A stretch of 64,000 nt of DNA from Cercozoa sp. M6MM (Eukaryota > Protista > Endomyxa: Ascetosporea): the NCBI GenBank assembly GCA_040357565.1, contig JBDODJ010000015.1; one strand, written 5' to 3'. A program made the translations under genes and the position numbers. The notes below the pieces were generated by a model that saw only the letters and a program-made list of their open reading frames with translations, made no database searches and had not been told where the DNA came from. This document shows, piece after piece, positions 28,325 through 40,202 of this stretch (the first letter of the stretch is position 1; every line of letters begins with the position of its first letter).

Positions 28325-30403
28325 ATGCAGCGTCCGGTTGCTCTCTTAGCACTGCCTGCACTGGCAGCAGTGGTAACAGTGTCTTGTGGAAGTTGTTGTT
28401 TCAAATCAACCGTGGCGTTTGACGTGGAACAGGCGTCAGTGTCGTCAACGTCTGTTGTTGAGTTTTTCGACAAGCGAGGAAATCTCGTAAACACGTTTGA
28501 TGCATGTGGCGCTTCCAAGGTAGTTTTACAATACGTTTATCGCGATTGTTTGACCTCGTTGACGGTTGGGCCTTCTCAGAACACGTGCGTGAACTTTGAT
28601 GCCACCGCGAAGGCATACAGGGTCAATATCCCGGCCGGTGTGCAGCTGGAAATCACAATTCCGCGAACACTGACCTGGTGCACTAAACTGTTGATCTTTC
28701 TTACCGTCTCCTTATGTGTTTCTGGTGTCTAGGCCTGTGAAGAACTGCCGTTTCGGTGTAAACACGCGGAACTATGGCGATTTGGAACACGATGTTGAAG
28801 TTTCGCTGTCGCGCCGACAGCGCGGACAATACTTTTTCCTGCACGTGACTGATAGGAGTGAAAGCCTTTGCGAAAACCACGATGTGCAGAAGCAGGTGAT
28901 TTTGCGCCCTGTGCCTCTTCGCAGCCATGTACGTTCTGTCCCTTCCTTTCTGTCCTTTCTGTTTGCAAGACCAGTTTTTCTGCAGGGCGCCGATGTTCCC
29001 GAAATCAAAACCAACGCGTGTTGCTTTGTGCCAGACGAGTGCATGTCGAAAAACGACTTGCGTGTGGCAAGCGGCAGCAAGCCTCTGGCTACCACTGTCG
29101 GTGCTTGCACCTTCGGCAGTGTGAATGGTAAATTCGATACTTTAACTTCTTGCTTCTGTGTTTGTACGACAGGTTTGTGTAGTTCCGGAAGGTGTGACGG
29201 CGAGTTTCCACCGCTTGTCGACATTCACGCGATGGACAATGCGAAGCTGCGGCCGGCGATCTCCGAGCTTCCAAATTGAAGGGCCTACTGAGGTATGGTT
29301 TTTTGAGAAACGTTGCTTTGAAACTGTACCGTTTTTTTTTAAACGCAGGGCGCAGTCGACATTTGGAAGGACGCGGGCAGTGTCTGCGCGGTGAAATTCT
29401 CGTTCGATTCGCGAGCTGTCTGCGGCTCTGGTATGCTTGCGTTTCACTGGCTTGTGTTTGTTGTTTTGATGCTTGTATTGTAGGTCTCACTCCTCGTCGT
29501 ATCGAGTTGAGCGACAAGCCCACGAAGGTTCGCGAAACCTTTGATGTGCCGATCATTCAAAAGCTTTCACTCAAGTTGGACTGGTCACGGACCTCGGTCT
29601 TCCTGAAGCATGTGTACGTTCTCTCGTTGTCCCCTACCGTGCCTTTTCGATGTTTATGTAGTGATTGTGCACACGACTTGGGCTACGATTGGAAGCCACT
29701 TCCAGACACAGAAGGCGTCGCCAATGCTTTGGATGACACTGAGGATGCTTCTTTGCGACCTGTCGATCCAGAGGCTGTTCTTGAGTTGTTGAAGCCTCAC
29801 ATTGTTGGTGCGTTGCTTTAGATGCGTGTTTTTGGCACCATTAAACATCTACAAATGCATGCAGAGTCGATCCCCACTGGCGTCACGATTCATCTTGGCG
29901 TTGATCTCAAGCTCACTGACTTTGCACTTCGGTAGTCATCAACACTCTCAACTTTGGCTGTGAAGATGTTTTTTTCGTTGTTTGCAGCTTGAGCCGGATG
30001 TTCGTGAACCTTCCTTCGTGCCGTGTCAACAGCGAAGCCATGACTGTCTCAGCGATGGCGGTATTACTTTTGTTTCTTTAACTTTGGAGGTGTCAGATAG
30101 AGTATTTACATATGCAGCGCATCAAGTACCGCGTCGTGCCACGCTTGCGTCAGCGTAACCCTTTTTTCGTTTGTCGTGTTGAGTCCCAATATGTATCGGT
30201 GTTTTGCAGAACTGTGCCAGGTGCAGCTCATTGACGTCGACGATTTGGTCGACCCAGGCAGATGCCCTATCAACCGCCGCGTGCTTCGGCCGCTCTTGCT
30301 GCACATTGCCAACGAACAGATCGTGAAAAACGACGTTTGCGGCCGCATTGACGAGATCATTCGCGACAAATCGCCGTTCGGACAGGCGTTGGCTTTCGAG
30401 TAA
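28325..30403 (+). CDS. Secreted Cys-containing hypothetical protein
   Basis: Signal-like MQRPVALLALPALAAV, a Cys-rich middle (ACCFVPDEC..CTFGSVNGLCSSGSC) and the end KNDVCGRIDEIIRDKSPFGQALAFE*. GT-AG splicing is consistent. Confidence 0.6.
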
Positions 30404-30633
30404 GACACTGACGAATTGAGTCGAACCTGTGAAATATTGGCGAACTTGTAGCTAGTAGCACTAAACACATTTTATACGCCTTGACGGGGGCGGTAGGCCT
30501 CTTTGGGCTCAAAAAACGCCTTGTGGCTCAAGAAACTGGCAAGGGAGTGTGCCTTGCCAACACAGGCCGTTAGCGACGTGCTTAGGGCCAGAACAGGGCT
30601 GTGCGCGATTCAGGCAAGTTTACCTGCGGCGCA

Positions 30634-32759
30634 ATGAGGTATTCTTAGCTGCAGGCAAGATGAAGTTAGCTCGTGTGCCAATCAAAAGCAAAAAAATCTC
30701 GGTTGTCTTTCGTGTCCAAATGCAGTGTCGCGTCAAGCTCTGGCACCGAGGTGTCAGAGACTTCGGTATACGCCGTCGTCTACGAACTGGCAGAAAAGAA
30801 GGTAGTATACTTGTACTGCATTTGGTTGTGTGGTTCGATCTCGATCGTTGTGTGTGCGTTTTTCCAGTCCTGGCGTGTGTCGCATGAGGGCGGTTGGAGC
30901 GAGCTGCACCTATACCGTGACGTGCGTGACGGCACATATCGCATTGTGGGCTGGCTCGTGTCGGAAGAGAAGCCGATCCTGATCAATGTCAACATCACCG
31001 AGCTGTGCAAGCTGAAGATCAAGACGCCCGATTTCCACAAGCTCACGGACGAGACCGGCAAGGTTTGGGGTTTCGGGTACCACAACGGCACCAACTCGCT
31101 CGAGCAGGCACATGCTTTCGGCGAGCAGGTGTTGCAAGTCATCACGCGCTGCAAGGAGGTGCCTTTGCTCTGTCTAATTATATATATATATATATATATG
31201 TATATAAATATATATATATATGTATATAAATATATATATATATATATATGTATATAAATATATATATATATATTATATCGAGGTGTCCAGGAGCAACGAA
31301 AGCTTTCGGCGCCGCCACCGGTGCTTCCTCCGCCGCCGCCAACACAGACCAAGAACACAGGTAGTTTATTCTCGTGTCGTTTGCAGGCATGTTTTGTTAA
31401 TGTGTGTTGGGACTCGGGGGTTGGACAGCGACGTCGCCGCGGTCGCGCTGGGTGCCCCGACCGCCGTCGGTGCGTCGCAACTCGTGTGCTCAACCGCAGT
31501 TCCACAAGCGCGAAAGCGACGGTTTCGGTGACGACATCTTCGCGGCGGCACCGATGGGCAAACTGGACATTCTGCCTGTCAAGCCGTTGCGTGGTCCCGG
31601 TACTTTCCACATCCAACCTCTCATCCAACCTGAGAGCTACCGGTATGATACCTTATTGTCTAGGCTCGGACGAGCAGATCACGGACCCGCTAAGTGCAAT
31701 GCATGTGGAGCACGCAACTTACGACCCGCACACACGCACCTACACGGGCATTCCGCACGACTGGAAGAAACAACTTGAGGTGCAGTTCGGCTTGCCGCCA
31801 CGCATGCTTGAATTGCGCCGTGTCAGAGGTGCGTTTCTTCCTTGTCTTTGATTGTGTGGGGTGAATGCATTCCGTCGCATGCTTTTGTAGGATACAAGGA
31901 CCGCATTCCGTCGGTGCTGGTGCAGATGAGACATGCTCTGTGTGCTCAAGGCGGTCTCGAGAGCGAAGGCATCTTCCGCCTCGCTCCGGATGCTGAGCAG
32001 TGCGAGTGCGTGAAGCGGCAACTGAACGATGGCACCTTCCGCGGCTGCAACGACGTTAACATTGTTGCCAAGTGTGTTTCCTTCCTTTCTTGGGCAGCTT
32101 AATCAAGGTGTTTATTCTTATCAATCTGATCTCTCTTGGGCAGCTTAATCAAGGTGTGGTTCCGTGACCTTCCCGAACCGATCCTGTCGCCGCTGCCTGC
32201 TGTACTTGCTTTCTGCGTTGCTTTCGGTTGAGTTTACGCTCACGAACTGACCTGTGCACAGGAAGATATCGAGAAGGGCGGTTCCCCTGCTGCTGTGCGT
32301 TATCTTTTTTTTTCGCAGACTTCTGGTGTTGCTTCTTTATGTCGGAACTGTTCTCTAGGCTGGCGAGTTGGTGCAGAGGCTGCCAGAGCCCAACAACAGC
32401 ATCGGTATGGCCTTCTTTCGTCCCCATGTACTGACTAACGTGGTCGGAGTGCTTCTGTGCAGTCCTGTGGCTGTTGGACCTGTGCTGCGAGGTCACTGAG
32501 CACCAGTCCATGAATCGCATGACTCCGAAAAACATTGCCATTGTCATTACACCGGTAACTCTCATATCATCACACACTTCTGCCTGTGTTTCTGCAGGAG
32601 GTCCTCTCACAAAATGCTGTACAACAGAACTTGATCACGTCAAACTTTACGGACCCAATCAAGAACCTCACGTTCTCGCAAAAGGCCGCCGACTTTGTCG
32701 AGAACGCCATCTTGTGGCGCATGCAAAACGATCCGATCACGCCGCAAGTCTGCCTCTAA
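30634..32759 (+). CDS. EVH1(WH1)-CRIB/PBD-RhoGAP protein
   Basis: EVH1-like AVVYE..SW..YRIVG..INVNI..DFHKLTD..VWGFGY; CRIB-like ITDPLSAMHVEHATYD..YTGIPHDW; RhoGAP IPSVL..GLESEGIFRLAP..LIKVWFRDLPEP..NRMTPKNIAIV. Confidence 0.88.
31177..31277. repeat. (TA)n intronic microsatellite
   Basis: Visible. Similar tracts occur at about 20728-20760, 32854-32882 and 35210-35430. Confidence 0.95.
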
Positions 32760-32850
32760 ACGGCCGAGCTCATTTTACCCTTAAAGCGCTCGTTTTCACT
32801 TGCCATCGTCCGCTTACCGTAAGTCAGCAAGACTGTTAGGCTGCTATGGG

Positions 32851-32884
<34 letters not shown>

Positions 32885-33248
32885 CGAATCAAACCGAGCC
32901 GAAACACAAAATCACGGGTGCCTCCCAGGAACGCCTGAACTTCGCTAGCGAGCACTCAGGAGTCGCTTAGGCGAACCAAGGGCCGCGCTGAGCGAGTCAC
33001 CTAGAGCCTGGATACTACTATTATCCATTTTTCGAGGTTCGCTTTTTCCGTAACACGAGAGTGGTTCGGTGTCTGGTGGGTACCAGATGTGCAATGTGAC
33101 CGAAATTAAAGCGTTCCAGTGCAATATTTGCTGTTTAATGTTTGGTTTTGCTGGGTCATATTTTCGGGCCCTTTTATTCTCGGTCGAATTCGTGAGAGTT
33201 TTTCTGCGTGCAGGCAGACGCTGTTGACGAAAGAGAGCAAGAAAGAAC

Positions 33249-36200
33249 ATGGAACCGCCTTCAGTCGCTACGACGGTAAACCATTGTCGGCGTGCAGACA
33301 CTTCTGTTTGACAGGATGCTTTTGTATTGGCAGATTGATCACTTTGGCGTGTTGGCGCTGGATGGCCAGGACGGCCCGGATGACGAGGTGCCGTCCTTCC
33401 CGTCGCGCCAGCACTCGACGGCATCGCCACAGCAGCCGCAGCAGCAGCAGCAGCATTGGGACTACGGGGTGCGCACGCTCTCTTTTTCTCTGTATCTGAA
33501 TGTATCATATGGAATGTATCATATGTCAATTGTCGCAGTATGGCCACTACGACTACGGACAGGCGCAGCAGCAGATGTACTACCAGCAGCAGCAGTACCA
33601 ACAGCAACAACAGTACATGGCGCAGTCGCACCAAGGCGGTACTGTTTGTCTTGCATGTCTGAAAGTTATGACACTGCTCTACACATGGTTGGTGACACAG
33701 GCCAAGGCAAGGAGGATGACACGCGATACTACCAGCAAGCGTACCCGTCGCCGGCCTACCATGGTAGCTTCCTCACTCGTCTTTAAAGAGTTGGGTGTAT
33801 TGTGTGTCTGTGTGTCTGCAGGATACTCGCCAATGTACATGCCGCAGACGCACCAGGCACAGGCAGCGCAGGACTCACAGCAGCCGCAGCAGCAGGGTCA
33901 GCAGGGTCAGAATCAGCAAGGCCAGAATCAGCAAGGCCAACAGGGACATCATTACGGTAGTTTGTTACCATAATGTCCCCAGGGATGTACCTATATGGTC
34001 CGATTCGTGCAGGCTACCCTCCTGGCTACTACCAGGGCTACTACCCACCGAACCCGTACTACCGGCAGCAGCAGTACTACATGCAGCAGCAGCAGTACTA
34101 CATGCACGGACACCCGCACATGGCGCCGCACTACGTACTTGCAGTTTGCTCTGTCGTTCTTACCAGTTGGTTTCCTGATACCCTGTTGCAGATGCCGCCG
34201 CAGGAGCAGAAGGAACTGGAGACGCCTGTCGTGATGAAGTCGCACGAGGAGGAGAAACGCGGTGCTGCGACTGACTCGACGCAACAAGAAAAGCCGCCGA
34301 AGCAGCAGCCGCCGAAGAAGCAGCCGAAGCCATCAGAAGAGCCGCCGAAGCAGGAGACGTCGCCGCAGTCGAAGCAGCGCAGCGAGAGCGCCGAGTCGAA
34401 GAAGAAGTCGAAGCGCAACGGCTCCAAGAAGCCAAAGGACACGTCGTCGCCGACTGAGGTATGTGTGTGTGGTATGTGTGTGTGTGGTATGTGTGTGTGT
34501 GGTATGTGNNNNNNNNNNTGTGTGTGTGGTATGTGTGTGTGTGGTATGTGTGTGTGTGGTATGTGTGTGTGTGTGTGGTATGTGTGTGTGTGTGGTATGT
34601 GTGTGTGTGTGTGTGTGTACATGTGTTTGTGTATGGGGACGTGTGTATGGGAACAGACTGCAAGTGTTAAAAAGGAGGTTGAAAAGGAGAGCACCGGCGC
34701 TCCGGCCTCGTACAAGAGTGCTATCGCGAGTGCAGGCACCAAGAAGCCGTCGGCACCTGCGACGAAGCCGAGCGACGTCGATGCGCAGCTGCGCGCTCAG
34801 GTACGGCTGTCTGTACATCCTCCCCCCCCCCTCCCCCCCCCCCCCCCTCCCGGCAGGTGGCACAGCAGTCGCAGAAGGCAGAGAAAGCACGTGCCGTTGT
34901 GGCCACCGGGTCGGCTGCGGCGTCGACGTCGACGCGTGCCAAGGTACGTCGTGTGTCTTGCTGGGTACCTAGACTGGGTACCTAGAGTATGTGTGTGTGT
35001 GTGTGTGCAGGGCAAGGTGAATTTTGAGAGCGAGGAGTGGCGCTCGCAGCTGCACGTGCCGCAGGCGGACCAGCGACACCGCACGGCCGACGTGACGTCG
35101 ACGCGCGGCGTGCAGTGGGACTCGTTCGGCCTCAGTCGCGAGCTGATGGCCGGCATCTTTGAGATGGGCTTTGAGGTGCCCTCGCCCATCCAGGAGGGTA
35201 CCTTGCACCGTATGTATATATATATATATGTATATATAGATGTAGTGTATATGTATAGTGTATATGTGTATGTATAGTGTATATATGTATGTATATTGTA
35301 TATGTATCGTGTATAGTGTATATCTGTATATGTATAGTGTATATATAGTTGTATATATATATATATAAATATATATATATATAAGATACATATATAGTAG
35401 AGATATATACAAGTTATGTGTATATGTGTATAATGGCAGTGGCAATCCCGCCGGCACTGGAGGGCAAGCACGTGCTGGCACGCGCCAAGAACGGCACGGG
35501 CAAGACGGGCGCCTTCGTGGTGCCGGTGCTGCACGCCGTGGAGCTGTCGCGGCACGAGGTGCAGGTCGTGGTGCTGGTGCCGACGCGCGAGCTGGCCTTC
35601 CAGACCAGCAACACGATCAAGCGCATGGGCAAGTACCTGGGCCACTCGCAGGCCAAGCAGCACAAGCACAAGAAGAGCGGCAGACGCGGCGGCCTCGAGT
35701 GCGTCGTGCTCACGGGCGGTCAGTCGGTGCGCGACGATGTGATCCGACTCAAGGCGGGCCCGCACGTGGTGGTGGCTACGATCGGCCGCCTGCTCGACCT
35801 GGTGGAGCAGAAGGCGGCCGACCTGTCGCACACGAAGCTCGTCGTCATGGACGAGGCCGACAAGCTTCTGTCGTCGCAGTGGACGCCGCTCATTGAGAAG
35901 GTATGCCCTATAGATACTTCGCCTATAGACACTTCGCCTGTCTTACACTATCTTACCCGATTCGTGTTCGATAGGTGCTGCGATATACGCCGCAGGAGCG
36001 GCAGATTATGGCGCTGTCGGCGACGTTTCCGAACTCAGTGCGCGGCTTCCAACAGAAGTGGCTACCTGCCGATAGGTAGGCTAGTTCTTACCCCCCCCTT
36101 ACCCCTTCCTACCCTCCCCACTCCCCATCCTTCTTACTGTGCGGCAGGTGCGCCACGGTGAGCACGATGCAGTCGCTGACGCTGGAGGGCGTCACGCAGT

Positions 36201-36976
36201 ACTATGCCTTCGTGCAGGAGAAGCAGAAGCTGCAGTGTCTCAAGACGCTGTTCGCCAAGCTGGGTAGCGTCCTTCCCTGTGTGTTTATAGCCCCTGCTTT
36301 ACCCCCCCCCCCCCGCGCAGAAATCCAGCAGTGTATTGTGTTCTGCAACTCGGTACATCGCACGGAACTCCTGGCGCAGAAAATCATCGATCTCGGGCTG
36401 AGTTGCTTCTTTATTCACAGGTACCTTCGTGTTTTGTACTATCATGTTTTGTACTATCCTGTACTCTGTACGAGTCTCTTTGTACGAGTCTCTTTGTACG
36501 AGTCTATTTGTACGGTCGGTTTGTACAGCAAGATGCCGCAGCGTGACCGCAATCGCGTGTTCCACGAGTTCCGCCAGGGTACTTGGGCTAGTTTATTTAT
36601 TGATATTGTGATAATGACCTGTGTGACCCGGTGGCCTCACAGGCAAGTGCCGCGTACTTGTGTGCACGGACCTGTTGACGCGCGGCATTGACGTGCAGAC
36701 CGTGAACGTTGTGATCAACTTTGACATGCCGGTGCACGCCGAGACGTACCTACACCGCATCGGTCGCTCCGGACGCTATGGCCATCTGGGCCTCGCTATC
36801 AATCTCGTGACGCAGAAGGACCGTGACCACTTGTTCCGCATTGAGGTACACACTGCCTTGTTCTACTTGGACGACACTTGTTTTTAACTGTATTATCGTA
36901 CTACACACAGGGCAAGTTGGGTGCACGCATCGAGGCCATCCCGCAGCAGGTCGATCGAAGCATCTACGCTGTCTAA
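33249..36976 (+). CDS. DDX6: DEAD-box RNA helicase DDX6/Dhh1 with long Q/Y-rich N-terminal extension
   Basis: [99 protein letters not shown] and [15 protein letters not shown]. Confidence 0.95.
34459..34620 (+). repeat. (GGTATGTGTGTGT)n repeat starting at an intron donor of DDX6
   Basis: The intron begins gag|gtatgtgtgtgt and the ggtatgtg unit is repeated many times. It contains a 10-N gap. Confidence 0.9.
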
Positions 36977-37335
36977 CAACAACAGCAACAACTACAACAA
37001 CACTTCCATTGCCCAACCCTCACACACACACACACACAAACGACAGCTCTCTCAAGAGGCAAAAACAAAATGTGGACCGACCCATGTCCAGACCCAAGCG
37101 AAATTTCACCCCGGCAGTGTCAGTAGACCCCTTTTTTCTTGCATTTCGTGAGCTTGCGTTCTTAGTGCACTGACTACGATGCAAACTGTATTGATGCGGT
37201 AGCTAACTAACAGTATTCGCTGCATCGCGGCAATCCAGACAGTTCGATGTAGGCGTCTTAACTGAAAGACGAAAGAAAAATACGCATCTGTCACGACTCA
37301 CGAGCACAAATTAGTCGCCTCGCATGGCGTGATTA

Positions 37336-38255
37336 CTACTGGGCCTGCTCAAGCAGCTTGCCGAGCGTGAACTGGCGCGCCTCCTCGTCGGTGTTGATCT
37401 TGCTGAGACGGGCCGTCGAGTAGAAGTTGTCGGCAAAGCTACGCACAGGTTCAGTAAAAGGACACAACACAGACATCACAAGCAGACGAAGCTACAGGAG
37501 AGCCGAGTGGTAGAGCTCCAGGTCGCCGATAAGGTCCTGCTCGATCCAGTCGTTCTGCTTGAGCTTCTCCTTCTTGGCGCCTGCAGTTTCAAAAGCATAC
37601 ACAAGACAAGACAAAAAGAGCCGGCCCAATAAAGATGCAAAAGACAAGCGCACGGAGCAGCGAGTAACGCGCCGCACGCAGAGCGAACTCTTCGACCTTG
37701 TTCTTCGGGCCGAACTTGACGGCCATCTTGATGGCCTTCTTGTCTGCCAGAAAACACGAGGGACATCGAGGGACATTATCACCCAGAAACAGGAGAAGGC
37801 CGCTGTACTCTTGCCGGTCGAAGGCAGGTAGTCAAACACCTCAGGCTCGATCAGGTGGTCCACGCACTGCAGGCCGTACTCGATGGCCTCCTGCACGAAG
37901 CCGTGCTTACGCAGGTGCGCCTGCACGTCCTCGTCGATCGGCATCGTGTACATCACTGGCGCAAAGTACTTCTGCGCACGCGCACACACAAACACACATT
38001 GCTGGCAACTAAAAAACACAAACACAAACACAAAAACGCACGCTCGTGGACGGCAGCTCGCGCAGAACGCCAGTCTTCTCCAGCAGCCTCTGGAACTTCT
38101 CATCATTCGTCATGGCCGAAATGGCCTTGGTACGCTGCGCCATGCGCTGCAACGTGCGCGTCGACAGCTTCTGCATCACTTGGACTGGGCTGTGCACACA
38201 GCAACACGGAAAATAAAACACAGCAATGCTAACCAGGACATCACGGGCCGCTCAT
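37336..38255 (-). CDS. Multi-exon hypothetical protein
   Basis: Spliced ..VMQKLSTRTLQRMAQRTKAISAM..YFAPVMYTMPIDEDVQAHLRKHGF..KKAIKMAVKFGPKNKVEEFAL..FTLGKLLEQAQ*. Exons are GC3-rich. The start is uncertain. Confidence 0.6.
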
Positions 38256-38441
38256 AGATACAACATACATCTGAGTAACCGCGGCGGAGAACTCTGTGGG
38301 CGCACCTGGTGCAGCGCGAAAACTTGTACCGCGTCCTTAAAAAACCAACTGATCTTTGAAGAATTTGTGTGACTCAGCAACTTTGTAATCTGGTCAGATT
38401 AGCAGGCGTAGGCGTGTGTTACCTTTTTGGGTCGGTGAAGG

Positions 38442-39909
38442 ATGAATCAATCCACCTGGTTGTGGGATACGGGCCAATCTGGCTTTCGGGCTTTCGATAC
38501 CGCGACACAAATGGAGCTCGATCACGCTTTCTCTGTACCTTGACACTGCAACCAGCCTTTCACATCTGCTCAAAAAGGTGTACGATAGACGGGCCAATCA
38601 CAAGTAATTCCGACGAGTGGTTTCTTCGCGAATGCTCCGCCTGGTCGCTATGTGATTCAACTCGACCAGTCCGTTCCGAGCCGAGAAGGCATAGTGGTGC
38701 CAAGATGTGTTTAAAAAATGTGTGGTTCTTTCAAGCACTTTGTGTTAGGGATACCAAGTCAACACTGAAACTGGGGTTGTTCGAATGGTGCAGCGGTCGA
38801 TCAGTATTGACAGTGAAGAAACGCCAGTCGGGTACTGTATCTTCTGTACTTGCTGCTTTGAGATGCGAAGAAACGCAGAGAGCAAGAAACGATTCGAGTC
38901 TGCTGCCACGATGGCGTTTGGATCGGTTTGGATCCGCGTGCCGGCAAATGCGAGGCCAAGTCGTGCAGTACACTTGCGAACAAGGAAGACTTCCCGGATG
39001 ACGTGTGCTCGATCTGTCTGGTACTCTCCACCCAGCCTACACGTGCTTCCGTTATTTTTTAAAACACAACGATGCAGAGTGACTGGGAAGTCGCAAAACC
39101 GTACAAGCTCGTTTGCGGGCATCCTTTCCACCTGTCTTGTCTGCGCGCAGCATTCAAAACCTTCAACAAGTGTCCCACCTGCCGACACGTGTATGATTGT
39201 TGTGTCTCCTGGCTCATGATTAGATGCTCATGAGAGCGTGTGTCGACAGACTGGCCAAAACAATGGGCACGATGCCTCCGGGAACGCTTTCGATTCGGAG
39301 ACAGCACGTTGCTCTGGCAGGGCATCCGAACGCTGGCTCTTTTGGTGAGCCGAATTGAACTAAAGAAATAGCGTGTGCCCATTGGCTTTCTGTTGCAGAG
39401 CTCAAGTTTGACATTCCTTCCGGTACCCAAAGTGAGGAGCACCCGAACCCTGGCCTGCGATACCAAGGCGCGCACCGATACGGCTACCTTCCGGACACAC
39501 CTGGTTTCTCGTCCACTCCTATGTGCCGCCGTGTGTTTTATATTTTTGCTTTGAGGAGAACAGAAGGCCGAAAGGTGCTACGCATGTTTAAAGTGGCCTT
39601 CCGACGGCGTTTGTTCTTCAAAGTTGGCTACTCTATCACTCGTGATATCGACAATGTTGTCGTTTGGAACGGTATGATTCTTTTTTTTTGTGCTGCAGAC
39701 ATTATTTATTTCTGTGCAAATCCACCAGGCATACATGTCAAGACGAATCTCCACGGAGGCGCGGCAAACTTCGGCTTCCCCGACGCGACATACGTATCTT
39801 TTTGTGAACTTGCGCTCGTGTGGCATCACTGTTGCTCCCTGTGCAGCTGCAGCGCGTGCAAGAAGAGCTGCAAGCCAAAGGCATCACCGAGGAGGACATG
39901 ACACCATAG
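38442..39909 (+). CDS. DTX: Deltex-family E3 ligase (WWE - RING-H2 - DTC)
   Basis: WWE-like WLWDTGQSGFRAFD..LDHAF..YQVNTETGVVRMVQR; RING CSICL..CGHPFHLSC..CPTC; DTC GTMPPG..PSGTQSEEHPNPG..YLPDTPEGRKVL..AFRRRLFFKVG..VVWNGIHVKT..FGFPDATYLQRVQEELQAKGI. Confidence 0.9.
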
Positions 39910-40202
39910 GCCGTCGCAACTCCTAAGCTTGCGCTTGAAACTTCATCCCTTTCGGCATAAGGCGATGCATGACTATAGTATTACTAAAACTCACAGTAGA
40001 ACGATTAAAACACACAATACTTTTGACGTGAGTCATCAATGATCACACTCTGACCCACTCCCATCTGTTGTTATTTTCCTCTTTTGCTCTGCCTGCAGCA
40101 GCGCTGTGTGGTGCTGGTGTTTGAAGGATAGAGCAGTGCCGCACGTGCTGCGTGTGATTATTGTATTATCGCGCTGATACGAAAAACGATCGTTCAGACA
40201 AC

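Noticed and set aside
29190-29295. Premature TGA or GC-AG intron in the secreted protein
   Set aside because: A canonical intron gtgtga..gaag (about 29192-29246) gives a continuous frame GLCSSGSCGRRSPSFQIEGPTE.
37790-37835. Programmed or sequencing frameshift in the minus-strand hypothetical gene
   Set aside because: A GT-AG intron starting gtacag (about 37808-37746) restores the frame (PSTGKN-KKAIKM).
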